Numbered from the stretch's first letter, positions 18,538 through 30,154 are shown. The stretch is 64,000 nt of DNA from an uncultured delta proteobacterium (GCA_963754925.1 CAVWHX010000003.1:512001-576000), one strand, 5' to 3'. Numbers and translations: made by a program. The notes: generated by a model from the letters alone, not told the origin.

Positions 18538-20472
18538 TTAGTGCACCGGCTCGCCCGGCGGAAGATCGGCGGTAAATTCCGCCAGACAAACATTCGCTCC
18601 GCTGGGCCCCGCAGCCAACAACATGCCGCGCGACTCAATGCCCATGAGTTTGACCGGTTTGAGGTTCGCCACCACCAGGATCCGCTTACCGATAAGCTGT
18701 TCGGGAGCATACGCCTTGCCAATGCCGGCGACGAGCTGACGCGGCTCCGGCTCGCCCAGGTCCACCAGGAGCTTGAGCAGCTTATCGCTCTTTTTCACCC
18801 GCTCGGCGGATGTGATCAATCCCACGCGAAGATCGATTTTTTTCAGCTCGGCGATCTCGACCGTCGGGAGGGAGGGCGTGGTCGGGGCAGCGCCATCCGC
18901 CGGTGCGCGCACCCGCGCGACCAGCGCTTCGACCTGCTCCGGTTCAATTCGGGGAAAGAGCGGCGCGCCCCGGTTCACGCGCACACCCGCGGGCAACAAA
19001 CCAAAGGTCTGGAGCTTGTCCCAGCCCAGATCGTTTTCCTCGGCCGGAAGGCCGATGCTGTGAAGCAGCGCACGGGCGCTCCCCGGCATAAACGGGTTAA
19101 TCAATACCCCGATGCAGCGCAGGGCCTCCAGGATATGATACATGACGGTATCGAGTTCCTCGCGCCGGCCATTCTTATGCAGCGTCCACGGCCCGGATTC
19201 ATCGATGTAGCGGTTGGCCCCTCGCACGAGCTGCCAAATCGCCACCAGGGCCTTGTGAAAAGCATACGCCTCAAGGTGGCCGCCCGCTTCTGTTGCCACA
19301 TCCAACGTCATCCGTTGGAGCGCCTGTTCGCGCGGTCCGACCGCTGTCGCAGCCGGGGCGGCGCCGTTGCAGTATTTCTCGACCATGCTCACCGATCGCA
19401 TCAGCAGGTTGCCTAGGTCGTTTGCCAGTTCGGCGTTAATCCGATTAACCAGCGCGCTGAACGAAAAGTCCCCATCCAGCCCAAAGGGTACCTCGCGCAA
19501 CAGAAAGTACCGTATGGCATCGAGACCGAACACGTCGATAAGCGCACCGGGATCGATAACGTTGCGCAGGCTCTTGGACATCTTCTCGCCCTCGACCGTC
19601 CACCAGCCGTGGGCAAAGACGGTCTTGGGGAGGGGCACGCCGGCGCTCATTAGCATGGTGGGCCAATACACAGCATGGAAGCGCAGGATGTCCTTGCCGA
19701 TAAAATGCGCGTTTGCCGGCCAAAAACGGCGGAACCGTTCGCCGCCGCCATTGCCGTCCCACCCAAGGGCCGAGATGTAGTTGGCCAGCGCGTCGATCCA
19801 AACATAAATAATGTGCTCCGGATCCCCCGGCACCGGTATGCCCCAGTGGAACGAGGTGCGCGAGATCGAGAGATCGCGTAATCCCTGCTGAATAAAGGAG
19901 ACGATCTCATTCTTACGAAAGTCCGGTTGAATGAACTCCGGATGCTGCTCGATATGCGCGAGCAATGCCTGACCATACTTCGCCATGCGGAAGAAATAAC
20001 TTTTTTCGCGCATGCGCGTAAGCTTTGTTTTATGAACCGGACAGGTCTCGTCGGCAATTTGGGTCTCGGTGAAGTACTCCTCGCAGCTGGTACAGTACCA
20101 ACCCTCGTATTCGCCGAGATAAATATCGCCGCGGTCGCGCATTCGTTCGAAAAGTTTTTGCACCACCTGCTGGTGCCGCGGTTCGGTGGTGCGGATGAAA
20201 TCAGTGTAGGTTATCCCCATCTGCTGCCACAAACTGCGAAAGCGTTCCACCACGCGATCGGCCAACTGCAACGGCTTGAGTCCTTGGGCGATCGCGGCCT
20301 GCTCAATCTTTTGTCCGTGTTCGTCGGTGCCGGTCTCGAAGTGCACCTCCCGACCCCGCGCCCGCTGGTAGCGGGCCGCCACATCGGCGGCGAGGCTGGT
20401 GTACGCGTGGCCCAGGTGGGGCACATCGTTGACGTAGTAGATTGGTGTCGTGATGTAAAAGCTCTCTGACAT
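18538..20472 (-). CDS. metG: Methionine--tRNA ligase with C-terminal tRNA-binding domain
   Basis: YITTPIYYVN, HLGH, GTDEHG, YVWIDAL, GKDI, KMSKS, C-terminal OB fold. Confidence 0.97.
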   Translation of the reverse strand: MSESFYITTPIYYVNDVPHLGHAYTSLAADVAARYQRARGREVHFETGTDEHGQKIEQAAIAQGLKPLQLADRVVERFRSLWQQMGITYTDFIRTTEPRHQQVVQKLFERMRDRGDIYLGEYEGWYCTSCEEYFTETQIADETCPVHKTKLTRMREKSYFFRMAKYGQALLAHIEQHPEFIQPDFRKNEIVSFIQQGLRDLSISRTSFHWGIPVPGDPEHIIYVWIDALANYISALGWDGNGGGERFRRFWPANAHFIGKDILRFHAVYWPTMLMSAGVPLPKTVFAHGWWTVEGEKMSKSLRNVIDPGALIDVFGLDAIRYFLLREVPFGLDGDFSFSALVNRINAELANDLGNLLMRSVSMVEKYCNGAAPAATAVGPREQALQRMTLDVATEAGGHLEAYAFHKALVAIWQLVRGANRYIDESGPWTLHKNGRREELDTVMYHILEALRCIGVLINPFMPGSARALLHSIGLPAEENDLGWDKLQTFGLLPAGVRVNRGAPLFPRIEPEQVEALVARVRAPADGAAPTTPSLPTVEIAELKKIDLRVGLITSAERVKKSDKLLKLLVDLGEPEPRQLVAGIGKAYAPEQLIGKRILVVANLKPVKLMGIESRGMLLAAGPSGANVCLAEFTADLPPGEPVH

Positions 20473-20494
20473 GGTTTGCGCGTTCCTCTTTCGA

Positions 20495-21982
20495 CTACGA
20501 TTTCCGGCCGCGGGTCGGAAACGAAGTGAACGGCCCGGGTACCGGCTGCCCCTCGCCCGGTCGCGGGGAGGAACCCGGCTGTTGCGAACGGTTCGGATCG
20601 CTACCGGCGTTCAGCGAAGCCTCGTCACCCCCACCAGACCTTCTGCGGCGGCGGTTGCGGCGGCGTCTCCGTCGAAAGGGCGCCTCGGCTCCGCTTCCCG
20701 CTACCGGCTCATCGCCGTTCTCTTCATCGGGTGCATCCTCTTTTTCCCCGGACGACCGATCGGTCGTTGCCGCACCGGGAGCCGCGTGCCCCACCTGCGC
20801 GTTCGCGCAGGGTGCTCCGGGACACGTCAGATGCTTTTCGCATTCTTTCGATCCCCGATCCTGGTCCGTCGCCTGCTCAACCTGGTGCGGCTGGGAGTTC
20901 AATGACTGCCTCAGCTCCTCGATAGAAAATGACACCACCTGTTCCTCGACCTCGACCCGGACATGTCCCCGCAGCACATCAACGTCCAGCACCCTCCCCA
21001 AACCTTTGGGGGTCATAATGGTCTTTCCGGTCCGCGGGCAATCTTTACGCAAATCGCGATAGACGTCGTCTTCGTACACCAGGCAACACATCAACCGACT
21101 GCACAGACCGGACACCTTTTGCGGATTGAGCGCCAATCCTTGGTTCTTAGCCATCTTGATTGAAACCGGCACGAACTTGCGCAAATACCGCGCGCAGCAC
21201 AGCGGTTGCCCGCAGACGCCGACGCCGCCCAGCATCTTGGCCTCGTCGCGGACGCCGATCTGGCGCATTTCAATGCGAACGTGCAACTGCTTGGCGAGAT
21301 CCCGCACCAACTGGCGGAAGTCCACCCGCCCTTCGGCCGAGAAAAAGAAAATGGCCTTGTTGCCACCGTGCAGGTAGGACACGCGCATCAATTTCATCTG
21401 AAGTTTTTGCTCCTCAACCAACCTCTGGCAGAGCGCAAATGCTTCTTCCTCGCGTTTGGCGTTGCGACGAATCAGCATCATATCTTCGGCAGCAACCTTG
21501 CGCAGCACCCGACGGAGCGGTTGATCTCGCTTGTTCTCGCCGAGGTAGACCACTTTTCCCAGATTCAAATCGTGCTCGTTCTCGACCACCACCGTATCGC
21601 CGACCATAAGCCGTAGATCGTTGGCGGAAAACTCGCCCACCGAGCCTTCGGCGAACACCACCCCGACCATGAGCGGATTATTTTGCTGAGCCTCATATTC
21701 AGCCGCCCGCACGTCTCCAAAGAGACGCTGCCAACCGGCGCTGGGGCTTTCCTCGGCAACAGATTGCGGATCGTCGTCCTCGAGATCGCTCTCTTGACGG
21801 GATTCTTCGTCGGCTTCATCACGGGCTTCATCGGCCCGGGCGGCGGCCGCTTCGGCCTCAGCAATGCGGGCACGTTCCTCGTCCTGAAAACGGTCGTCGT
21901 CGTCGAGCGTTGGGAGCGCCGTCTCCGATGGTGCTCCCGGCACGCCGGCAGCGGCCGGTTCTCGTTTGTGGTTCTCGTTCAC
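20495..21982 (-). CDS. PSP1/YaaT (RicT) family protein with long disordered termini
   Basis: GRVDFRQLV, RIEMRQIGVRDEAK, GVCGQPLCC, KVSGLCSRLMCCL; GTG start overlaps holB stop. Confidence 0.9.
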   Translation of the reverse strand: MNENHKREPAAAGVPGAPSETALPTLDDDDRFQDEERARIAEAEAAAARADEARDEADEESRQESDLEDDDPQSVAEESPSAGWQRLFGDVRAAEYEAQQNNPLMVGVVFAEGSVGEFSANDLRLMVGDTVVVENEHDLNLGKVVYLGENKRDQPLRRVLRKVAAEDMMLIRRNAKREEEAFALCQRLVEEQKLQMKLMRVSYLHGGNKAIFFFSAEGRVDFRQLVRDLAKQLHVRIEMRQIGVRDEAKMLGGVGVCGQPLCCARYLRKFVPVSIKMAKNQGLALNPQKVSGLCSRLMCCLVYEDDVYRDLRKDCPRTGKTIMTPKGLGRVLDVDVLRGHVRVEVEEQVVSFSIEELRQSLNSQPHQVEQATDQDRGSKECEKHLTCPGAPCANAQVGHAAPGAATTDRSSGEKEDAPDEENGDEPVAGSGAEAPFRRRRRRNRRRRRSGGGDEASLNAGSDPNRSQQPGSSPRPGEGQPVPGPFTSFPTRGRKS

Positions 21983-23070
21983 GTTCGTCTCAATGCCAGC
22001 CACAGGGCTTCCGAGGCGAGACGCGGGTTCGCGTTGACCGCCAAGCTTTGGCGGGTGCGCGCGATGCTCGCCATCCAGCGCAGTAATACGGGTACGGCCA
22101 GACCGCCCGCCGTCTGTTCTAAAGCCGACAGGCGATCCTGATTGATAACATACTGCGTATTGACCTGAAGCTTGGTTAGGATCAGATCCCGGCACCACAG
22201 CTCGAGGAGATTGAGGCTCTCCCGCAAGCGCCGTTGGGGGTCGCCGCCCTCGCCAAACTCTTCCGCGGCCGCCAGCACCTCCGCCAAATCCCCTGCGCGT
22301 ATCTGGTCAACGTGCGCGAGGAGCTGGTCGCGCACGGCCAGGCCATCGTCATCATCCTGACCGAGATACGCTAACGCGCGGCCCAGGCTGCCCTGCGACA
22401 TGGCCGCCACGACCTGCGCCCTGCTTCGATCAAGCTTCCGGCTCTCGACCAACCAGCGTTCGATGACTGTCCGCGGAAGCGGTCCGAAGGTTAAGCGCTG
22501 GCAGCGCGAGCGCACGGTCGGCAGGAGCGCAGCCGGTTGCGCGGTTATGAGGATGATCACGGTATCGGCGTTCGGTTCTTCGAGTGATTTCAAAAAGCGA
22601 TTCTGCGCGTTTTGGTTCATGCGCTCAGCGTCAACCACCAGCACCACTTTAAAAGCGCCCCGGTAGGGCCGGTGGGTAAAGAGGCCCGTCAACTCATTGA
22701 GATCCTCGTTGCGGATCTGCGCCGAGGGGGCACGGCCGGTGCGCCGCTCGTTCTCACCCAAGCCGCGCCGAATGCGCTCTTCTTCGGAAAGCTGCGCAAT
22801 CCGCCGCGCGTGCTCCTCCTCGCAGGCCACGAGCCGCACATCGGGATGGTTGTTGCGGCCGATCATGCGGCAGGAATCGCATCTGCCGCACGGCGCGTCG
22901 AGGGCATCCTGGCAATTGAGCGCCATGGCAAAGGCCCAGGCCACCTGCTCTTTGCCGACGCCCTCGGGACCCTCGAAGAGATAGGCGTGCGCCACCCGCC
23001 CGTTTGCGCGGGCGCGCTCGAGCAATGCGATAGGCCGCTCATGGCCAAGTATGGAAGTGTAGACAGACAC
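21979..23070 (-). CDS. holB: DNA polymerase III subunit delta'
   Basis: HAYLFEGPEGVGK, C..CGRCDSC zinc site, HPD, AQNRFLKSLEEP, TVRSRC; holB-PSP1-metG-tatD order. Confidence 0.92.
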   Translation of the reverse strand: MSVYTSILGHERPIALLERARANGRVAHAYLFEGPEGVGKEQVAWAFAMALNCQDALDAPCGRCDSCRMIGRNNHPDVRLVACEEEHARRIAQLSEEERIRRGLGENERRTGRAPSAQIRNEDLNELTGLFTHRPYRGAFKVVLVVDAERMNQNAQNRFLKSLEEPNADTVIILITAQPAALLPTVRSRCQRLTFGPLPRTVIERWLVESRKLDRSRAQVVAAMSQGSLGRALAYLGQDDDDGLAVRDQLLAHVDQIRAGDLAEVLAAAEEFGEGGDPQRRLRESLNLLELWCRDLILTKLQVNTQYVINQDRLSALEQTAGGLAVPVLLRWMASIARTRQSLAVNANPRLASEALWLALRRT

Positions 23071-23361
23071 GATGGTCCTCGTCCTTCCTCAAATTAATAG
23101 ACTTTACTTCGTAAGGGCCTGAGAGTCAAACAGGATCGGCAACATCCTCTCTCGGAGTTGCAACGGTGGGAATCGATTTTCGTGCGATACGTTGCGGATG
23201 GAACAGGTATCAGCCAACTAGAACTAGTACGCGAGGGCGGCTTCTAACTGCACCGGAGCGCCTAACTTCGATTGGAGAACGGGGCTGATCACCAAGCTAT
23301 TAAGGGAATGATTTGACCATCGATATTCCAATGGGTTACAAGGATAAAGGCTGGCAAGAGA

Positions 23362-23397
23362 TGTATCAAAATCGCACTATGTTGCGAGTTTGATGCA
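23362..23397. promoter_or_regulatory. Imperfect inverted repeat, candidate operator
   Basis: TGTATCAAAATCGCA-N6-TGCGAGTTTGATGCA, 23 bp upstream of the Fe-S gene start. Confidence 0.45.
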
Positions 23398-23420
23398 ACA
23401 CAAATCAACGGAGAAACCCC

Positions 23421-24503
23421 ATGGATGTTTACGAACAACTCAGAGAAGTATTGGATGCGCATCCCACAACCGCACCCAAGTCGAAGGTGATTATCGAAAT
23501 CTTAAAAACTCTTTTCACCCCCGAGGAGGCAGCTGTTGCGGTCAGCATGAGCTTCAAACCCGGGAGCATAGAAAAAATCGCGGCCGCGTCTTCCCTATCC
23601 CCGCGAGAAACAGAAGCCAAATTGGAATCGATGGCCAACAAGGGAATTATTTTTTCAAAGAAAAAAGATGGCGGCAACCGCTACGGACTCGTCCCCCTGG
23701 TGCCGGGCGTTTTCGAATTCCCCTTCATGAAGGGGGCGGATTCCCCGGTGATGAAACGCCTGGGCCGGCTCTGGGAAGACTACCATCGTGAGTCGTTCGG
23801 CGCTTCCTTCTCGGGGAATCCGACTCCGCTCATGCGTGTGGTGGCGGTGGGTAAAGCACTTAAACCTGAAGACCGCGTCCACCCGTATGAAGAGGTCAGA
23901 AGCTTCATCAGTAACGCGAGTTACATAGCGCTGGCCAACTGCGCCTGTCGGGTGAGCGTCGGAAAATGCGATCGGCCGAAGGATGTGTGCCTGATATTCG
24001 ACGGCGCCGGTGAATTTCTCAGCGAGCGCGGATTTGCGCGGCGCGTAACCAAGGAAGAAGGCCTGCAGGTTCTCGATCGCGCGGAACAGGCCGGCTTGGT
24101 TCACACCAGTAACAACAGCGCCGAACGGCCCCACCTGATATGCAATTGCTGTCCTTGTTGCTGCACGGTGCTGCGCGGCAAAACACAACTCAACCACCCG
24201 CACGCGTTCGAGCCAAGCCGCTTCGAGGCTCAGGTAATCGCCGATTCCTGCACCGGTTGCGGCATCTGCGTCGACGAGCGCTGCCCCGTGAAAGCCATTG
24301 AGATTAAGGATGAAGTTGCCGTCGTCAATACCGCCGAATGCATCGGCTGCGGCTTGTGTGTCAGCGGTTGCGAGCCTGAGGCCTTGAAACTTGTTCAACG
24401 GGCGTTGGTTCCGGCCGTTCCGGCCACCATCACGGAGATGGGCATCAAAGTCGCTCTGGAAAAGGGCAGGCTCGATGCCTTCGCCAAGATCATGCAGCGG
24501 TAA
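23421..24503 (+). CDS. 4Fe-4S dicluster binding protein with N-terminal HTH-like region
   Basis: CACR, ICNCCPCCC, CTGCGICVDERCP, CIGCGLCVSGCE. Confidence 0.85.
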   Translation: MDVYEQLREVLDAHPTTAPKSKVIIEILKTLFTPEEAAVAVSMSFKPGSIEKIAAASSLSPRETEAKLESMANKGIIFSKKKDGGNRYGLVPLVPGVFEFPFMKGADSPVMKRLGRLWEDYHRESFGASFSGNPTPLMRVVAVGKALKPEDRVHPYEEVRSFISNASYIALANCACRVSVGKCDRPKDVCLIFDGAGEFLSERGFARRVTKEEGLQVLDRAEQAGLVHTSNNSAERPHLICNCCPCCCTVLRGKTQLNHPHAFEPSRFEAQVIADSCTGCGICVDERCPVKAIEIKDEVAVVNTAECIGCGLCVSGCEPEALKLVQRALVPAVPATITEMGIKVALEKGRLDAFAKIMQR

Positions 24504-24573
24504 TATTGCGTAAGCGACCGCCCTCTAAGGTATAGAGATTTGTGGCGGCGCTGCAAGAATCAAGAGCAACGCA

Positions 24574-24921
24574 ATGCACGAATTATCAATAATGAGCAGC
24601 ATACTCGACATCGTGCTTGAGTTTGCGAATTCAAATAGCGCGAAAAGGGTGGCCCAAATAAATCTCGAGGTCGGGGAGCTTTCGGATCTCATCCCCCAGT
24701 GGATGCAAAGCTATTTCGAATTTGTCAGCAAAGATACCATCGCGGAAAAGGCAATGCTTTCGATCGATCACGTCCCGGCTACGCTTCGCTGCCGTTCCTG
24801 CAACAAAGAATTCACCGTCACGAAAGAGGACTGGCGGGTGAGCTGCCCGCATTGCAATTCTCCGGATATCGAAATTATGAGCGGTCGGGAGTTCAAGGTA
24901 GTGAGTATAGAAATAGAGTAA
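24574..24921 (+). CDS. hypA: Hydrogenase maturation nickel metallochaperone HypA
   Basis: MHELS N-terminus, VGELS, CRSC...CPHC, SGREF. Confidence 0.92.
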   Translation: MHELSIMSSILDIVLEFANSNSAKRVAQINLEVGELSDLIPQWMQSYFEFVSKDTIAEKAMLSIDHVPATLRCRSCNKEFTVTKEDWRVSCPHCNSPDIEIMSGREFKVVSIEIE

Positions 24922-24992
24922 CCCAATACTACCTGACCGCAAGAAAATTCACCAGCGCTCGCCAACTATTAATCGATGAGAGGCATCGTTCT

Positions 24993-25583
24993 CTAGGCAG
25001 AAAATACAAACTCGTGGTAGGGACCGCCTAAGCACATGCATTGCGTCTCTCGATAGTCTGTTACCTTATACCCTATGGCCGGAAGAGTGGTGCTGATCCA
25101 GCCCTCCGTCACTCGGCAATGGTTGATGTTCATGTGCGGAAAATTATTGATCCGAACCACCGTTTTGTTAGGCGAATAACTGACGACCACCATCTCACCG
25201 GCATTTCGGTAATATGATGACCAAAGAAATCCACAACTGCGGACAAACCTTTCGGGATTCTTTTGCGCCTTGTAAACTGCAAACGTCGATGCCAAGTCCT
25301 TCTCGCCCGCAAGAGTTCCGAGGATCCGACAATAATTGGGATCGCCGTTGCTTAACCGCGCTTGTATGGTTTCGAGAAATTGAGCGAACGCCTCATACGG
25401 ATACCATCTTAACAGTTCTATTTTCTCAGAAAACAACTTTTGGGTTAACTCACCCGAGAGAGCGATGATTTGGTTGAGCCTCTTTGTTCCATATTGCACC
25501 TTAATATACGCAATCACCCCCAAAAACGCCTTCCCGGATGCCTCAGCGCCCAATGGATTTCCCTCCCCTAAAAAAGGTAACAA
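24993..25583 (-). CDS. DUF2378/V4R-like hypothetical protein
   Basis: WYP, LWSSYYRNAG, C..GW, C-terminal ETQC...GGPYHEF; resembles 32794-33387. Start uncertain. Confidence 0.55.
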   Translation of the reverse strand: MLPFLGEGNPLGAEASGKAFLGVIAYIKVQYGTKRLNQIIALSGELTQKLFSEKIELLRWYPYEAFAQFLETIQARLSNGDPNYCRILGTLAGEKDLASTFAVYKAQKNPERFVRSCGFLWSSYYRNAGEMVVVSYSPNKTVVRINNFPHMNINHCRVTEGWISTTLPAIGYKVTDYRETQCMCLGGPYHEFVFSA

Positions 25584-25622
25584 CCCCCGGATTCACGATT
25601 CTTATTATATCACTAAATCTAT

Positions 25623-27960
25623 TCAACCGCACTTCGAAAATCCGCAGGCGCGGCACAACAGGCAGCCCTCGACGTGTTCGATGGTGCCGCCGCAATCGGG
25701 ACACACGACAAACATCCTTTGCTCGTCGTTAGAACCGGTTTCAACCGCGGCCGGTCCGGGGTTTGATGAGCCGACGGTCTCCGCCGGGGTCGTCGTGGTT
25801 GGTTGCGCCGGTGGTTGGTTCTCGCGTTGTTTGGTATTTTCCTGATAACTCTTCAGGGCGCGGGAAATGGCGTCGGCGCACGAGAGCACCATCTCCCCAT
25901 CCTTCCATACCGGCGAAGGACAGCGCACCCCCGAAAGCTGCCGAACAATCGCGTTGGGATCGATGCCGGCGCGCAACGCCAAAGAAATAAGCCGGCTGAT
26001 TGCCTCGGCTTGGGACGAGGCACAGCCGCCGGCCTTGCCCATGGCGGTGAACAACTCAAACGTGCCGCGCTCGTCTTCGTTGATGGTGACGTACAAGTGA
26101 CCGCAACCGGTTTTGACTTTCTGGGTGCTCCCGCGCACGATTTCGGGGCGCTCGCGCGGGGTAAGCCGGGCGGCATCCGGTGCGGTTGACGCCAGCGGCA
26201 GCGACTGGTCCCCGGGCCTCCGGTTGACTTTCTCGATGTTCAGCACTTGCTCGCTGCGACTGCCATCGCGATAGACCGTTACCCCCTTGCAACCCAGAAG
26301 GTATGCCAATCGGTAGATCTCGGCGACGTCGTGCTCGCTGGCGTCGTTGGAAAGGTTGACTGTTTTGGAGACCGCGTTGTCGGTAAACTTTTGAAAGGCC
26401 GCCTGCGTGCGCACATGCCACTCGGGCGAAATCTCGTGCGCCGTGACAAACACCGATCGGAGGCGCTCCGGAACTTCAAGAACATGCGCAACGCTGCCCT
26501 CCTTGGCGATGCGGCGCATCAACACATCGGAATAGAAATCTTGTTCTTTGGCCACGCGCTCAAAGAGCGGGTTGACCTCGGGCAGCTCGTCGTTGTCCAT
26601 CACGTTGCGCACGAAGCAAATGCCGAAGAGCGGTTCGATCCCCGACGAACATCCGGCAATAATGCTGATGGTGCCGGTCGGTGCAATGGTGGTGGTCGTG
26701 GCGTTGCGCAGCGGCTTGGCGCCCGGCCGATCGTAGACGCTCCCGGCGAAGTTCGGGAAACGGCCCGCGGCGCTCGGCCAGAAGCTCGCTTTCGGCGCGC
26801 GCTTCCCGCCGGATGAAGCTCATGATCTCTTCGGCGCGCTCCAGGGCCTCCTCGCTGTTGTAGGCGATCCCGAGCATGATGAGCATGTCGGCATACCCCA
26901 TCACCCCGAGCCCAATTTTTCGGTTGCCCTTGGTCACGCGCTCGATCTCTCGCAGGGGGTAGCGGTTGACTTCGATCACGTTGTCGAGAAAGTGCACCGC
27001 CGTATGCACCGTTGCGCCCAGGTGCTCCCAGTCGATGGCGCCGCGCGTCACCATGCGGGCCAGATTGATCGATCCGAGGTTGCAGGATTCGTAGGGCAGC
27101 AGCGGTTGCTCGCCGCAAGGATTGGTGCTCTCGATCGTGCCGAGCTGCGGGGTGGGATTGTCCTTGTTGATGCGGTCTAAAAAGATAATGCCGGGCTCTC
27201 CGTTGCGCCAGGCCAAGCGGACAATCGTCTCGAACACCTTGCGGGCCTGTAACTGCTTGACCACGAGATTAGCGTGCGGGTTGATCAAGTCGTAGGGCAG
27301 GTCGCGCTCGACCGCGCTCATGAAACCCGCCGTGATGCCGACCGAGAGGTTGAAGTTATTCAGCGAGGTCTCCGAGGTCTTGCAGGAAATAAAATCGAGG
27401 ATGTCGGGATGATCCACCCGCAAGATACCCATGTTGGCGCCGCGCCGGGTTCCGCCCTGCTTGATGGTTTCGGTGGCGGTGTCAAACACCCGCATGAAAC
27501 TCACCGGCCCCGAAGATACCCCTTTGGTGGATTGCACCATGTCGTTCTTGGGTCGAATACGCGAGAAAGAAAAGCCCGTCCCGCCGCCCGACTTATGGAT
27601 CATGGCCGTGTTTTTAACGGCCTCGAAGATGCTTTCCATCGAATCCTCGACGGGAAGCACAAAGCAGGCCGACAACTGACCGAGCTCGCGCCCGGCGTTC
27701 ATCAACGTCGGCGAGTTGGGCATAAAATCCAAGCTCGTCATCAGTCGGTAAAACTGCTCCGCAATCCCCGGCACGTCGGCATGCGGATCAAATGCTCGGT
27801 CCGCCTCGGCGATGGTGCTGGCCACCCGGGAAAACATTTCCGTGGGCCCTTCGCTCGGTTTGCCATCGGCTCCCTTCCGCAAATAGCGCCGTTCGAGCAC
27901 CCGCAAGGAATTGTCGCTCAATTGAAGCTCTTTATGTTGTTCCCCAGAACATCGCTCCAT
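25623..27960 (-). CDS. nrdJ: Class II (B12-dependent) ribonucleotide reductase with TSCPD and zinc-ribbon domains (apparent frameshift near 26758)
   Basis: [41 protein letters not shown]; shifted frame continues [47 protein letters not shown]...[14 protein letters not shown]. Confidence 0.93.
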
Positions 27961-28225
27961 ACTTGAATTGTTTAAATACGTCGTATCGAGTCCCATTCGC
28001 CCCGCTCCGCAAGTTAAGAGATTGTCATTTTGCCGCTACTGATACAATTCCTTGTACACATACCCTAGATAGAATACCACTAATGGTATTGTCAAGCAGA
28101 ATCTATTTTGGGATAGTTGCTCGGCTTAACTGGGTTCTCTATACGGTATTTGGATAGCGTCTGTCAATCAGAAATGGGTTCTCTTCCCAGTTGACTCTCA
28201 CCCCATTTACCGAGATGCTATCGGT

Positions 28226-29936
28226 ATGGATACCACTTCCGCTCATCCGCTGTCCTCGCTTCAAGCGAAGCTCGAGCAGGCCCAGCAATTGCTCGCGCTC
28301 GACCCGCAGCAGGCCGCCACCTCGTTCGACAAGCTGAGCCTCAGCGACCGTCTGGAACTCGTGCTTGCCGTACCACCGGGCCCGAAGCGCCAGGATCTTA
28401 TCCTGCGCTCCAACTATGCCCGGGAGCTTACCGAGGCCCTGACGCCTGAGGATTTTGTGGTGACGGTCAAGGCGATCGGCGAACGCGATTCAATCGCGCT
28501 CGATTAATCTCTCATCCGACGAACAGCTCGGCTACGTGCTCGACCTCGATCTGTGGAACGAGGAAACCATGGACCTCAATCGATTTGAGCACTGGCTTGA
28601 GCTCCTGTTCGAGTGCGGCGATGAGCGGGTGATACGTTGGGCGCGTGCGGTGGATTTCGAGCAACTGGTGTTTGTCTGCGAACGGGTGCTGCTGTCAACC
28701 GACCGCGACGCGCTTTTGGAGCTGCCCGATCACCTGGCCGGACGCGTTTTCACCCCGGACAACTTTCACTTTCTGCTCATCAAGGTCGGTGCAAACTTCA
28801 CGCTCTTCTCGCGGCTGCTCGACCTCATATACGTGAGCGAGCAAGATCTCTTTTTGGCGCTGGTCGGCAACCTCGGCACCACCCCGGCGAGCGAGATCGA
28901 GGAGCTGGCGGCTCGCTTCAAGGACGGTCGGCTTGCCGACCGCGGCTGGCCGGCATGGGAAGAGGCGGCGGTTATCTATCAACCCCTCGCGTCCAGCGGC
29001 TCGAATGAGCGACCGCCGCCGACCGGGTTTAAGAATCCGCCCCGTTACCCGCTCCAGTTCTTGCAGTCGGGACGGTTGCTGCAGGCGGCGCTCGAACGGG
29101 TCGATGATACCCAGGCCCTGGAGATCTTGGCCGGTCAGCTCGCCAACCTCGTAAACCGCGTGCTCGTGGCGGATCATCTTGAACGCGGCAACCTGGAATC
29201 TATGAAGCTTGCCATCGAGCGCGTGACTGGCGCTTTGGAGATCGGCCTGTCTGTTCTCGGGCTCGCCGATCCCCTTGATGCCGCCGCCGCCCTTCGAGCT
29301 CGGCCGCTTTCCGATATCTTTCGCGTCGCCCAGGGTGCCATCCGGGATCTTGCCGAGCGCTTTAGACGCCTCAGTACTGGCCCGGGCGGCGACCTGCTTC
29401 AGTTTGTCGAGGCGCCCGTGGCCGATCGTTTCGACGCTCTCCGATCTCAGCGACCGCGCTACTTCGATGAAGACTCACAGATCGTCCGCGAGTTCGCGGC
29501 GCCGGCCGACCTCGAAAACCTCAAGCGCGACCTGCTGTGGACCGAAGCCGCGCTTGCGCTCGGCGCAGCCTTAGAACTATCGGCCGCCGCGCTACCCGAT
29601 CCGTTTCCCAAGAATTCATTCCCCGAATCAAAAACAGGCTTAACCCTCGAGACGCTGCTGCTGACGCGTCTGGTCCGGGATTGCTTGCAGCTTCCCCGCG
29701 AGCTACAACCCTTCCCGTTGGCGCGACTTCCCGAGCTCTTTGAAGCGCTGCCCCACGAAGAGCCGGCACTGGGCACTAGCCTCCTCGAACTAACCCGGCC
29801 GTATGTGCCGCATCCGCCGGCCGGCATCGAGCTGCTCGTCGATAGGCTTGCCCAGTTACTCAAACAGGAAATCTTCGTCCACGAGCCAACACAGCTTGAC
29901 CCGCGTTTCATACACGGTCTGTGGTTGCAGGGCTGA
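28226..29936 (+). CDS. DUF6178-like protein (apparent frameshift near 28501)
   Basis: EQLGYVLDLDLW, RFKDGRLADRGWP, LANLVNRVLVAD; removing one base joins the ORFs. Confidence 0.65.
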
Positions 29937-30154
29937 TCGGAAGCCGACGACCGTCGGATCTCGGCCGCCGTCACGCCGAGAGTTTTTCCGGCATAGTAAG
30001 CAGGCATCACCACGCACACGCGCTTCCCCGCCGATCACGACCCGGAACTCCTTGTCCCCTTGGCCGAATCATTGATGACGCATAAACACTGCCACGCGAT
30101 CGTGGGTGGCCCCCTGGTTGCGAGATTTACGGAGAAGCGAGAGGAGTGGAGAGA

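Noticed and set aside
18151..19416. Long antisense ORFs (421 aa here, also 61052-62377 and 46847-47761)
   Set aside because: Shadow frames opposite well-supported genes in GC-rich DNA; no recognisable motifs.
23100..23340. Short open frame or gene remnant upstream of holB (where tmk often lies)
   Set aside because: No convincing start, RBS or recognisable motif.
26560..26760. Programmed frameshift, intein or natural split in nrdJ
   Set aside because: One-base removal restores a continuous RNR; the same GGAAAC context occurs at other frameshifts; no inserted domain.
28050..28100. NrdR boxes or cobalamin riboswitch upstream of nrdJ
   Set aside because: Only a half-site resemblance to the NrdR consensus and no riboswitch core motifs recognised.
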